In this document: piece after piece, positions 10,288 through 19,160 of the stretch
How positions within the stretch are numbered: position 1 is the first letter of the stretch
Layout of the letters: each line of letters starts with the position of its first letter
Source of the DNA: Candidatus Kaiserbacteria bacterium
Lineage (GTDB): Bacteria; Patescibacteriota; Minisyncoccia; Phycocordibacterales; UBA918
NCBI GenBank assembly: GCA_020428795.1
Contig: JAGQME010000004.1
Coordinates: 1-49,618, forward strand
DNA: 49,618 bases
Reading direction: 5' to 3'
Translations under genes and position numbers: made by a program
The notes under the pieces: generated by a model
What the model saw: the letters and a program-made list of their open reading frames with translations, nothing else
The model's database searches: none
What the model was told of the DNA's origin: nothing

Positions 10288-13046
10288 ACTGCAGTGATAG
10301 CCGAATCATCACTTACCAGATATTCCTTTCGTCTTGAATTTAAAAACATTCCAGTAAGCAATAAGACAAGACCAACCGCCACCACAGCAAAGGATAGAAC
10401 CAGATAGATAAAGGTTGGTGAGAATAGTTTATAATCAGTTGAAACTGAACCGATTCCCGATACTAAAGGATTTTCATTGGAGACCGGCGTAAACGCTTGT
10501 GCTTCCTTGATAAAGTTGAATGGTAAACTTCTGGCAATAATCCGTCCGGAGTTGTCAGTCAGAGCAACGTAAACCGAGTGAGAACCATCGTCCAATTCTT
10601 TTTCAAACCGATACTGCCAACTACCATCGGCTTCTGTTTTTACTGTCACTACAACCGGATTACTGAAGATATACAAAGTAACAAAACTATTTGGCAACGC
10701 CTTTCCAGTAATCACGGCTGGAGTAACAGCTGTCTCTGGTTGTTGTGGAGTATCTGGTGTTACCGGTAATACACTCTCGACTAGGAGCAGGTCTTCTCTA
10801 ATGATTCCGGTCTCCTTAGGCGATTCAAAGACAATTGATTGATCTTTTTCGGTACTAAGCGGATCAAGACCGTTTAATATAGCTACTCCATCAGGCACTC
10901 CGTTGCCACTGGTGTCAGCTTGGAATGGATCAGTACCATAAATATACAATTCATCAAAGTCCGTAACTCCATCAAAATCTGTATCTTTTTGTAATGATTC
11001 AGCATCACGCTCGGTCAAAATTTTATCAATCTTAGCAATGTCTATTTTGATCCTATCTTTAACTTCGGCTATATATTCATTAAATTGTAGGACCAATTCA
11101 TCGGCCTCTTCTTCGTCTCGGACAAATCTTTTGAATTCATTTTGAATACCCTGCAATCTAGTATTGGCAGTAGTCAGAGCCAAGTCATTACCTGAACGTA
11201 AGGCTATGGCGTATTTTTGAAATTGTTCATTTAGACGATCAGTATTTTCAGTTTTGAAAACTTCTAATAAGTTCTCAGGTGTAGTCGAAGCATCTGGTTT
11301 AGCCAGCAATTGATTATAGAAAATATCTTCACCAATTACCTCATTATAAACCTCCTCTCTTTTAGCTAGGTCTGTGGTCTGATTAGGAGTTGGCTGACTA
11401 ATTCTTACGTTATTGATTGTGGCTAAAACTCGGTTTGATTCATATTTATCTTGACCTTTACCAACCACAGCAAACACATGATACTTACTATTTGGGGTTT
11501 GAGTTGTGTCCCAGTTGAACAACCAGATCCCATTACTGGTTTTTCTTGCCAGACCCAAGAAGAAACTATTTACCGAAGCAGTATTAACAGCGTATAGTTC
11601 TACAAAATCTGCCTCTGGCACCTCAACGATCACATCAGCGAACCCATTTAGTGATGAGGCATTAAGGACGGTTAGATGAGCTGAAGAGTCTACCGTCTCG
11701 ACTGGCGCTGGTGGCAAAGGCTCTCGATAAGTCAAAGTTACATTGGTAGAAGCTTGACTAACCACCTTACCGTCTCTAATTCTCTCTATGTACAATTTAT
11801 AATTTCCGGTTTCAATCCCACTAACTGCAATAACCTCTTTCCAAAACACATCAAACTGAAGGTAGGCTAAAGGAAACAGTAAACTCTCCTTAAGGAGGAT
11901 TTTTCGATTAGTATCTCTATTGATTAAGTAAATTATCACCTTGTCCTTAGAAGTGATTTCCCCAAACATCTGTGAAACCGTTAGACTTTTAGCGTCACTA
12001 GAAAGTTTAACCTCAAGATCACCATCATCGGCCACCTTAACCTCTTCCTCTACTTCTGGCACTGGGGCGTGTTTTACTTCAACGTAATTCTTGGCTAGCT
12101 GTTCATAGCTACCAGTACTGTTTTTGATTAAGGCTTTTAACTTGTAATTACCATCTTCGAAATTTTTAGTGTTCCATTCGTAGGACCAAGTACCATTTAT
12201 AAACTTAGCCGATCCTAGAGTTATATTTTTATTCCATTTTTCGTAATAGACCGTAATGGTAATAGCTTCAGCGTCAGCTACCGTGATAGTGATTGGTACC
12301 ACACCATCGAGTGGTTCAGGTGAACCAACGGTAAAAACCGCTGGTGGTTGAGACACACTTTGGCTGGTTGTCTGAGTAGTGTCAGTTAGATTTTGCTGTT
12401 GTGTCTCAACCGCAGTATTTAAAGCCTCTTTCTGTTCATTAATGGCTTCTTCTAAAGTTCGTTGTTGCCATTCGGCCGCTTCTTCGAGATCCTGTTGACT
12501 ACTGCTACTTTTTTCGGCTAACTCAGCTTGTTGTTGCTCTGCCAAACAATCCAACGTATTTACACAACCAAGCAAAGCTTGTCCTGACATGGTTACTGGT
12601 GAACTAAACATGAAGAAAAGCGCCAAGCTAGCTCCCGCCAAGACCAAAGACAAACCACCAAACCTGGCAGTTTGAATAGCCAATCTTTCTGTATCCAAAG
12701 GAAATCTAAACGTTGATAAAGTGGCTAGACTACGCCCTGCTTGGTTCTGATTTCGTTTGCCGTCGATTTTAATCGACTTATTGACATCGCTTTTTCTTGA
12801 ACTATGCAAGGCCACTACTTTTGACATTTTGTGTTCAATGTCTTTAGCTTCCTTAGCCAAATCTTTTATGGTCACTTTTTTGGCAACATTTTTTGTAACC
12901 GACTTTTTAATAGCCCTACTTTTTGTGGCCTTAGGTTTAGTTTTACCAACGCTCTTTTTAACAGCCACCTTAGCGGATGCTTTTTTCTTTACCTCAACGG
13001 AGTCCGGGGCCACTGACTTGGTGGATTTCATATGCATAGTATACAA
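10284..13046 (-). CDS. Large bitopic envelope protein: Lys-rich N-terminal tail, TM, coiled coil, Ig-like repeats, thrombospondin-type-3-like Ca-binding repeats, C-terminal TM
   Basis: 920 aa. N-terminus is rich in K/A/V (KKKASAKVAVKKSVGKTKPKATKSRAIKK). TM GGLSLVLAGASLALFFMF. DTDFDGVTDFDELYIYGTDPFQADTSGNGVPDG. C-terminal TM FIYLVLSFAVVAVGLVLLLTGMF. ATGA overlap (10284..10287) with the kinase. Confidence 0.7.
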   Translation of the reverse strand: MYTMHMKSTKSVAPDSVEVKKKASAKVAVKKSVGKTKPKATKSRAIKKSVTKNVAKKVTIKDLAKEAKDIEHKMSKVVALHSSRKSDVNKSIKIDGKRNQNQAGRSLATLSTFRFPLDTERLAIQTARFGGLSLVLAGASLALFFMFSSPVTMSGQALLGCVNTLDCLAEQQQAELAEKSSSSQQDLEEAAEWQQRTLEEAINEQKEALNTAVETQQQNLTDTTQTTSQSVSQPPAVFTVGSPEPLDGVVPITITVADAEAITITVYYEKWNKNITLGSAKFINGTWSYEWNTKNFEDGNYKLKALIKNSTGSYEQLAKNYVEVKHAPVPEVEEEVKVADDGDLEVKLSSDAKSLTVSQMFGEITSKDKVIIYLINRDTNRKILLKESLLFPLAYLQFDVFWKEVIAVSGIETGNYKLYIERIRDGKVVSQASTNVTLTYREPLPPAPVETVDSSAHLTVLNASSLNGFADVIVEVPEADFVELYAVNTASVNSFFLGLARKTSNGIWLFNWDTTQTPNSKYHVFAVVGKGQDKYESNRVLATINNVRISQPTPNQTTDLAKREEVYNEVIGEDIFYNQLLAKPDASTTPENLLEVFKTENTDRLNEQFQKYAIALRSGNDLALTTANTRLQGIQNEFKRFVRDEEEADELVLQFNEYIAEVKDRIKIDIAKIDKILTERDAESLQKDTDFDGVTDFDELYIYGTDPFQADTSGNGVPDGVAILNGLDPLSTEKDQSIVFESPKETGIIREDLLLVESVLPVTPDTPQQPETAVTPAVITGKALPNSFVTLYIFSNPVVVTVKTEADGSWQYRFEKELDDGSHSVYVALTDNSGRIIARSLPFNFIKEAQAFTPVSNENPLVSGIGSVSTDYKLFSPTFIYLVLSFAVVAVGLVLLLTGMFLNSRRKEYLVSDDSAITAV

Positions 13047-13114
13047 GAGAAAAAGTGGCTTTTTTGTTTACTATGTCGATAACTTTTTACCAAACCGACT
13101 TAAAAGAAAATATT

Positions 13115-13480
13115 CTACTGTAGATGTCGATTGATAACCGCCAACATTTCAGAGAAATCAGTCTGTGATTTATTGAAAAAATCATTAGCTCCCGAAGAAA
13201 TTACTTTTTGAATAATTTCTGGCGCATCGTTATTTGAAAATATTATAAACGGTACCTGGGCCAAAGCTTGGTCCTTTTTCATTTCTGCCATTACCTCAAG
13301 CCCGTACATATCCGGTAAATCCAAATCCATCAAGACCAAGTCTGGTTTATTTGAGGAAACTTTCGATAAGGCGTCTTCGCCGGATGAAGCGGAAATAATT
13401 TCAAATGCCTCATTTTGCAGTCTAGTTGCCGTCACATCTCGTATATAAACATCGTCCTCTACAAGCATTATTTTTTTCAT
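13115..13480 (-). CDS. Single-domain CheY-like response regulator
   Basis: 121 aa. KIMLVEDD...DLVLMDLDLPDMYG. No output domain. Confidence 0.9.
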   Translation of the reverse strand: MKKIMLVEDDVYIRDVTATRLQNEAFEIISASSGEDALSKVSSNKPDLVLMDLDLPDMYGLEVMAEMKKDQALAQVPFIIFSNNDAPEIIQKVISSGANDFFNKSQTDFSEMLAVINRHLQ

Positions 13481-13514
13481 AGTAACTCGATTATATCACG
13501 ACAAATCAGCCTTG

Positions 13515-15533
13515 TTATTTAATACTCTCTAAATACTGAATCTCATCACGTAAAATGGCCGCTGTTTCAAAATCAAGCCTAGATACCGCTTCATCCATTT
13601 GACGTTTTTTATCCCTGATAACTTTCTTAGGATTTCGTTTATACAAATCAACATCAACCTTAAGTAGACTTTCAACTGATTTGTCATGTTTGGTCTTTAA
13701 TTGATCAGCAATCGATTTGATTTCTTTAGAAATGGTAACCGGAGTTATATTATGCTTGGTGTTGTATTCAAGCTGAATTTGTCGTCTTCGTTTGGTTTCG
13801 TTAACTGAATTAGTAAGAGCTTCAGACATTTCCTCAGCATACAAAATCACCCGCCCTTTCACATTTCTAGCCGCTCGGCCGATAGTTTGAATTAAAGCAG
13901 TTTCACTTCTTAGAAAACCGGTCTTATCAGCATCTAAAATAGCCACTAATTCCACCTCCGGCAAATCAAGACCTTCACGCAACAGGTTTACACCAACCAA
14001 ACAATCAAACACTCCCTTTCTAAAATCAGTCAAAATCTCGATTCGTTCAATAGTCACAATATCACTGTGTATATATTTGGTACTAACTCCCCTCTCCGTC
14101 AAGAACTCAGACAGGTCTTCGGCCATTTTCTTTGTTAACGTAGTCACCAAAACCCGACCACCAGTTTTGATAACTGATTCAGCGGTCTCAATCAAATCCT
14201 TTACCTGACCTTTGTAAGCACCTCTCTCCTCAATTGGACGTAGCTCTATCTCCGGATCTAACAAACCAGTAGGTCTAATGATCTGCTCCACCATTTCTAC
14301 CTTAGTTTCCTTTGCTCTTTCTATCTCGTATTTTCCAGGAGTAGCTGAGGTATAAATTCTTTGTCCAATATCTTCCTCAAACTCTGCAAAGGTAAGCGGT
14401 CGGTTGTCCACCGCACTTGGTAATCTAAAACCATGCTCTACCAAGGTGTTTTTTCTTGATCGATCACCAGCGTACATACCGTTTAATTGTGGTATGGTGA
14501 CATGTGACTCATCAATAACCGTAAGAAAATCTGGTGTTCCATCGGCCAAGTGCGGAAAATAAGAAAGTAGAGTGTAAGGTGGCTCACCGGACTGTCGTCG
14601 ATCAAAATGTCTGGAATAATTTTCAATACCACTACAATAGCCAACTTCGCGCATCAAAGCGATGTCGTGTGTGGTCCGTCTTTTTAACCTCTCAGCCTCC
14701 AGTATTTTACCCTCACTTTTAAATTTACTTAATTGAGCATCAAGCTCAGCCTTTATATCATCAATAGCCACCTTTCTTTCTTCATCTGGGGTCACGAAGT
14801 GTTTGGCTGGAAATAAGAAAAAGTTTTCGAGTTCAGCTATTATCTCTCTGGTAACACCATCAATCTTAGTAATTGAAGAGACCTCATCATCTTGAAAACC
14901 TAATCTATAAATAGCTCTTTCGTTGGTTGGCATTATTTCAACCATGTTACCAACGGCTCTAAAATGAGCTGGAGTTAGATCAGCATTGGTTCTTTCAAAA
15001 TACATGCCAACCAAAGTTCGAATCATGGTCGCTCTAGTTATCTTAGAACCTTTTTCAATTTTTAAGTGTTGCTTTAGATACTCTTTTGGTGAACCTAAAC
15101 CATAAATACAAGATACTGAGGCAACAATAATCACATCCGGTCTAGTCAATAAAGCCTGAGTAGTGGCGTGTCTAAGTCTATCAATCTCTTCATTGATTTG
15201 TGCCTCTTTCTCAATATAAGTATCGCTAGTTGGCATATAAGCCTCCGGCTGATAGTAATCGTAATAGGATACAAAGTAATGCACGGCATTATTGGGAAAG
15301 AAGTCACGATATTCTTGAGCCAACTGAGCGGCCAGTGTTTTGTTGTGAGCAATCACCAAAGTTGGTTTCTGAATTTGTTGAATTACGTTAGCCACGGTAA
15401 AAGTCTTACCGGATCCAGTTACCCCAAGTAGAGTTTGGTGCTTATGTCCCGTCTTCACACCTGCCACCAATTTTTCTATCGCTTTTGGTTGATCACCAGC
15501 GGGATGCTTATCTTTAGATATCTGAAATTTCAC
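13515..15533 (-). CDS. uvrB: Excinuclease ABC subunit B (UvrB)
   Basis: 672 aa, GTG start. Helicase motifs GVTGSGKTFTVANVI and IDESHVTIPQ. C-terminal UVR motif LDFETAAILRDEIQYLE. Confidence 0.97.
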   Translation of the reverse strand: MKFQISKDKHPAGDQPKAIEKLVAGVKTGHKHQTLLGVTGSGKTFTVANVIQQIQKPTLVIAHNKTLAAQLAQEYRDFFPNNAVHYFVSYYDYYQPEAYMPTSDTYIEKEAQINEEIDRLRHATTQALLTRPDVIIVASVSCIYGLGSPKEYLKQHLKIEKGSKITRATMIRTLVGMYFERTNADLTPAHFRAVGNMVEIMPTNERAIYRLGFQDDEVSSITKIDGVTREIIAELENFFLFPAKHFVTPDEERKVAIDDIKAELDAQLSKFKSEGKILEAERLKRRTTHDIALMREVGYCSGIENYSRHFDRRQSGEPPYTLLSYFPHLADGTPDFLTVIDESHVTIPQLNGMYAGDRSRKNTLVEHGFRLPSAVDNRPLTFAEFEEDIGQRIYTSATPGKYEIERAKETKVEMVEQIIRPTGLLDPEIELRPIEERGAYKGQVKDLIETAESVIKTGGRVLVTTLTKKMAEDLSEFLTERGVSTKYIHSDIVTIERIEILTDFRKGVFDCLVGVNLLREGLDLPEVELVAILDADKTGFLRSETALIQTIGRAARNVKGRVILYAEEMSEALTNSVNETKRRRQIQLEYNTKHNITPVTISKEIKSIADQLKTKHDKSVESLLKVDVDLYKRNPKKVIRDKKRQMDEAVSRLDFETAAILRDEIQYLESIK

Positions 15534-15561
15534 GTCCGTACTATAACGCAGAGTAGGTAAT

Positions 15562-15597
15562 AAAAAAAGTGTGGATCGGGCTCAACGAGCCCGCCAC
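15562..15597 (-). terminator. Possible intrinsic terminator overlapping the stop of the small membrane ORF
   Basis: The minus sense reads GTGG-CGGGCTC-GTT-GAGCCCG-AT-CCAC-AC-TTTTTTT. That is a GC stem with a 3-nt loop and a 7-T run. Confidence 0.45.
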
Positions 15598-15800
15598 AAC
15601 CTTACCACTTTCCGGCCAAGCCAAGTCACTCCCGAATGAATCGGAATAAGCAATATAAAACCTAATATCGCACCCAAGCCATCTAGTGTCTTGAAGCACG
15701 TCGGCAAATCACCAAACAGCCACCCACATCCGGTCACAAAAGTGAACATAATTGCCAAATAAATCGGGAGCGAGACAGCCAGGAAGAGAACCGTTTCCAT
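15582..15800 (-). CDS. Small two-TM membrane protein (hypothetical)
   Basis: 72 aa from ATG at 15800, preceded by GGAGGTG with 5-nt spacing; the track starts it at GTG 15812. Two hydrophobic helices. Visibly GC-richer than its neighbours. Confidence 0.4.
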   Translation of the reverse strand: METVLFLAVSLPIYLAIMFTFVTGCGWLFGDLPTCFKTLDGLGAILGFILLIPIHSGVTWLGRKVVRLWRAR

Positions 15801-15843
15801 CAACACCTCCACTGTATCCTAAAAGCAGGATCATACTGTATGA

Positions 15844-17094
15844 TTATGAATTTATCAATATATCTTCACGAAGACGCTCGGTAAAACTAACTATAAAATT
15901 TAAGTTATGGATAGAAGCCAAATGTGGACCAAGGATTTCGCCCGCTCTAAACAAATGTGCTAAATAAGCTTTCGTGTAATTCTTAGCTACATAACCGTCA
16001 CTTAATTCATCTATAAGTGAGTGATCCGTCTTGTATTTAGTATTTAAAATATTTATCTTCTTAGTTTCGGGATAAACCAAACGGCCACAGGGCGAGGTTT
16101 TCATAACACCGGTTTTTACATAGATACAACCGGTTCGGCCGATTCTGGTTGGGGCCACACAATCAAAAGTGTCACAACCCATCAACACGCCAGCCACAAT
16201 GTCCTCCGGTTCCCCAATTCCCAAAAGATGTCTAGGCTTGTCGATTGGTAATATTTCATTAACCACTCTCAATGAATCTCCCAAATCATCCTTAGAAAAA
16301 GAGCCACCAATAGCAAAACCATCAAAATCCATAGCTGACAAAGTATTAGCGCTTTCCTGTCTTAAATCCAAATACTTACCACCCTGTATCACGCCATACA
16401 AACCTTGTTTTTTTAAGGCTTGATAATTTTGTTTATGAGCCATAATGGAACGCTTGGCCCAACGATGAGTTCTATCCATGGCTTCTTTTTGATAACTCTT
16501 GTCGGCCGTTGGTGAGGTACATTCATCAAAAGCCACAATTATATCGGCTCCAATAGCGTGCTGAATCTCAATCGAGCGTTCAGCTGTAAAGCGATGCATT
16601 GAGCCATCTATATGTGAAGTAAAAGTGACTCCTTCCTCGTCAATCACGCAAAGCTTACCGTGATCAGTGGCAAACTTTTGACTATAAACATTGAGACCGG
16701 ATTTGGCCGGCCGATTATTTATTTCGTCCTCCTCTCCTTTCGCAAACTTAGTCACCCCCTTACCAAAGGCTGCTCCCAATGAAAAAACCTGAAACCCACC
16801 GGAATCAGTCATAGTAGGAGTCTCCCAATTAGCAAATTTGTTTAAACCCCCAGCCTCAGCGATGACTTCATGCCCCGGCTGTAAAAACAAATGATAAGTA
16901 TTGGCTAAAGTAACCTGATTACCGACATACTGTTTAAGGTCCTCGGGCATCAAGCTCTTAACACTGGCCTTGGTCCCCACCACCACAAAGGCCGGTGTTT
17001 TGATTTCACCGTGGGGTGTTGAGATAATACCTGCCCTAGCCAGTGAACCAGCCAGTGATTTCTCGACCGCAAATTTTACAGCACCGGTAGACAT
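15844..17094 (-). CDS. tgt: tRNA-guanine transglycosylase family protein (divergent: zinc site lost)
   Basis: 416 aa. DSGGFQVFSL, VAFDECT, LLGIGEPEDIV and FDCVAPTR motifs are present. The CxCxxC zinc motif position reads SDGYVAK. Confidence 0.9.
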   Translation of the reverse strand: MSTGAVKFAVEKSLAGSLARAGIISTPHGEIKTPAFVVVGTKASVKSLMPEDLKQYVGNQVTLANTYHLFLQPGHEVIAEAGGLNKFANWETPTMTDSGGFQVFSLGAAFGKGVTKFAKGEEDEINNRPAKSGLNVYSQKFATDHGKLCVIDEEGVTFTSHIDGSMHRFTAERSIEIQHAIGADIIVAFDECTSPTADKSYQKEAMDRTHRWAKRSIMAHKQNYQALKKQGLYGVIQGGKYLDLRQESANTLSAMDFDGFAIGGSFSKDDLGDSLRVVNEILPIDKPRHLLGIGEPEDIVAGVLMGCDTFDCVAPTRIGRTGCIYVKTGVMKTSPCGRLVYPETKKINILNTKYKTDHSLIDELSDGYVAKNYTKAYLAHLFRAGEILGPHLASIHNLNFIVSFTERLREDILINS

Positions 17095-17102
17095 CAGCTG
17101 AA

Positions 17103-17639
17103 TTATTTTTCAACCTCTAACAATTCAATTGAAAATACCAAGGTAGAATTTTTGGGAATAAGACCAACACTGTTTGAACCGTAAGCAAGTTTTGGTGGAA
17201 TAACCAAGATTCTTTGTCCCCCTACTTTCATCCCCAAAATACCTTGATCGAGACCAGTGATGACTTCATTATTATCAACGGTAAATGAAAAGGCTTCACC
17301 TTTTTTGTGAGAGTTATCAAATTCTTGACCATCAACCAAAGTACCAATGTAGTCAATTTTTACAGTATCACCAGCCTTAACCTCTTCACCAACACCCAAT
17401 ACCACATCATCAATAATCAAATTTTGCACCTCACCATCATCATTAACTGAACCGGCGATGGCTTTATACAAATCGTCATTTTGACCCCCTTCTGACACTA
17501 CCGCTATAGCGGCCTGATTTTCATTTTCAATACTTGCTAATATTGATTCATCTGTGGTCTCCAAACGCAACAAAACCAAAGTGATAGCCATAATAGCAAC
17601 ACTTAAACCAATTCCTACTGCTTCAAATTTATTTAACAT
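17103..17639 (-). CDS. Membrane-anchored FKBP-type peptidyl-prolyl cis-trans isomerase
   Basis: 178 aa. N-terminal TM. GDTVKIDYIGTLVDGQEFDNS and GLDQGILGMKVGGQRILVIPPKLAYG. Confidence 0.9.
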   Translation of the reverse strand: MLNKFEAVGIGLSVAIMAITLVLLRLETTDESILASIENENQAAIAVVSEGGQNDDLYKAIAGSVNDDGEVQNLIIDDVVLGVGEEVKAGDTVKIDYIGTLVDGQEFDNSHKKGEAFSFTVDNNEVITGLDQGILGMKVGGQRILVIPPKLAYGSNSVGLIPKNSTLVFSIELLEVEK

Positions 17640-17687
17640 ACAATTTTATTATTCGAATATACTAGGCAATTTTTAAACAATTGCAAG

Positions 17688-18740
17688 CTAAATACTTAAC
17701 TGAATTTCATTTCCATCAATATCACCTTGCAAACTATAACTACTTTTAGCTTTTAAATTAGACCAAAAAGACGATATTTCAACCTCATTCATCAATCTTG
17801 GTGAACTCTGTTTATCTAGGCTGGTGATCGGTATAAGCGACAATTTTGGTTCATTGTCTACATAACGTACTTTTAACAAAATACCATTTTGAACTTCATT
17901 ACTAAAATACTGATCAAATATAAAATTCCCAAGTGAGTAAAAGACCGGCACCCCATTGATAACCTGAATGTCTTGTACAACGTGTGGATGGTGTCCGACA
18001 ATCAGATCGACACCATTCTCTACCAGCCAAGTCGCCATATTTTCTTGCTTTTGATTATGGACATTAGAATACTCCTCACCCCAGTGCAAATAGGCAAATT
18101 GTTTGTCACTATGTTTTGACATTTCTTCCAGAGTTTCTTTCAACAACTCTACTTGATAATCTGTATCCACCAGATTCAAAGCCAATACGGAAATTTTCTG
18201 TCCATCCACTAACACCGTAAAGACTGAATTTTGATCTAATGTTTTAGCGTTACCAAAACTCGCAACTTTATTTTCACTCAATTCAAACTTAGTGTTTAAA
18301 AAGGCGTCGTCACCAAAATCTAGTGAATGGTTGTTGGCCAGATTAACCGCCTTGATACCAAATTTATCTAAATTATCCAAAAATATCTTATCGACAGAAA
18401 AAGCGTATTTATAATAAGCAGTCGGCACGTGTTCCTTTGGAACAGTGGCTTCAAAATTAGCTATTACGAATTGATTATTCAAAAAAGGTCCTATCCGTTC
18501 AAAGGGATAATAATCCCCATAATTCCTCATATAAAACTCTACTTTTCTGGCCAAAAGAATATCGCCGGTTAATACAATTTCGGTATATAGACTATCATCG
18601 ACTTCTTCATCAGGCTTTATTGTCAAAGATGTAGTTGATGATATTTCTCCAAAAGAATAAACCACCGAATGATTTGGTTCAGCAGAATTAAAGAGTATAG
18701 CCACTAGCAAAACTAGTACAAAAAATGAAGCTCTGTGCAT
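17688..18740 (-). CDS. CapA/PgsA-like metallophosphoesterase-fold protein
   Basis: GDILLARK, ANFEATV, NLANNHSLDFG, LHWGEEY and GHHPHVVQ motifs. Start placed at ATG 18740 (MHRASFFVLVLL signal/TM). The track start at 18794 would overlap the upstream gene by 50 nt. Confidence 0.8.
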   Translation of the reverse strand: MHRASFFVLVLLVAILFNSAEPNHSVVYSFGEISSTTSLTIKPDEEVDDSLYTEIVLTGDILLARKVEFYMRNYGDYYPFERIGPFLNNQFVIANFEATVPKEHVPTAYYKYAFSVDKIFLDNLDKFGIKAVNLANNHSLDFGDDAFLNTKFELSENKVASFGNAKTLDQNSVFTVLVDGQKISVLALNLVDTDYQVELLKETLEEMSKHSDKQFAYLHWGEEYSNVHNQKQENMATWLVENGVDLIVGHHPHVVQDIQVINGVPVFYSLGNFIFDQYFSNEVQNGILLKVRYVDNEPKLSLIPITSLDKQSSPRLMNEVEISSFWSNLKAKSSYSLQGDIDGNEIQLSI

Positions 18741-18744
18741 AAGA

Positions 18745-19158
18745 TTAAACCGAAGTAAAATGGAAAAAACCGACCTGAAAGTACCACATCGCAAATAAAA
18801 TTGCCAACATCGACAATACCACCGAAAAAACCACCAGACGCACTACTTCATAGATATTCAAAACCCCTTTGTTTTTTCTTCTGGTTTCTACACTTTCCGG
18901 GTCAATATTCATTTCAATACCAAGCAAAGACGAGACCATCTCCGGCTTTAGGTGTTCATCTTTTCTAAAAACCTTGTTAAAAGTATCAACTCTCGATTCC
19001 TTACTCTCAGTATTCTCACGCAACACCATAATGGCTGTCTTAACGTCATCTAGGTGCCAGCTGGCACTTATTAAGACCGATTTTATTTCTTCATCGGGAG
19101 CGGTTGGACTAACACCGTTTAGTCTTAGCATTTTTTCTACGTGGGTACGATCAAGCAT
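18745..19158 (-). CDS. Hypothetical protein with C-terminal TM anchor
   Basis: 137-aa ORF packed 2 nt after the upstream stop and 4 nt before the next start. C-terminal helix VVRLVVFSVVLSMLAILFAMWYF. Confidence 0.5.
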   Translation of the reverse strand: MLDRTHVEKMLRLNGVSPTAPDEEIKSVLISASWHLDDVKTAIMVLRENTESKESRVDTFNKVFRKDEHLKPEMVSSLLGIEMNIDPESVETRRKNKGVLNIYEVVRLVVFSVVLSMLAILFAMWYFQVGFFHFTSV

Positions 19159-19160
19159 AT

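Noticed and set aside
18741-18794. Long N-terminal extensions given by the track's first-start rule: 18794, 24449, 36762 and 46769.
   Set aside because: Three of these extensions (18794, 24449, 36762) overlap the upstream gene by 38-104 nt; the TTG at 46769 overlaps nothing but precedes a canonical N-terminus. Each precedes an internal ATG that yields a canonical signal peptide or a canonical ABC N-terminus, so shorter starts were preferred.
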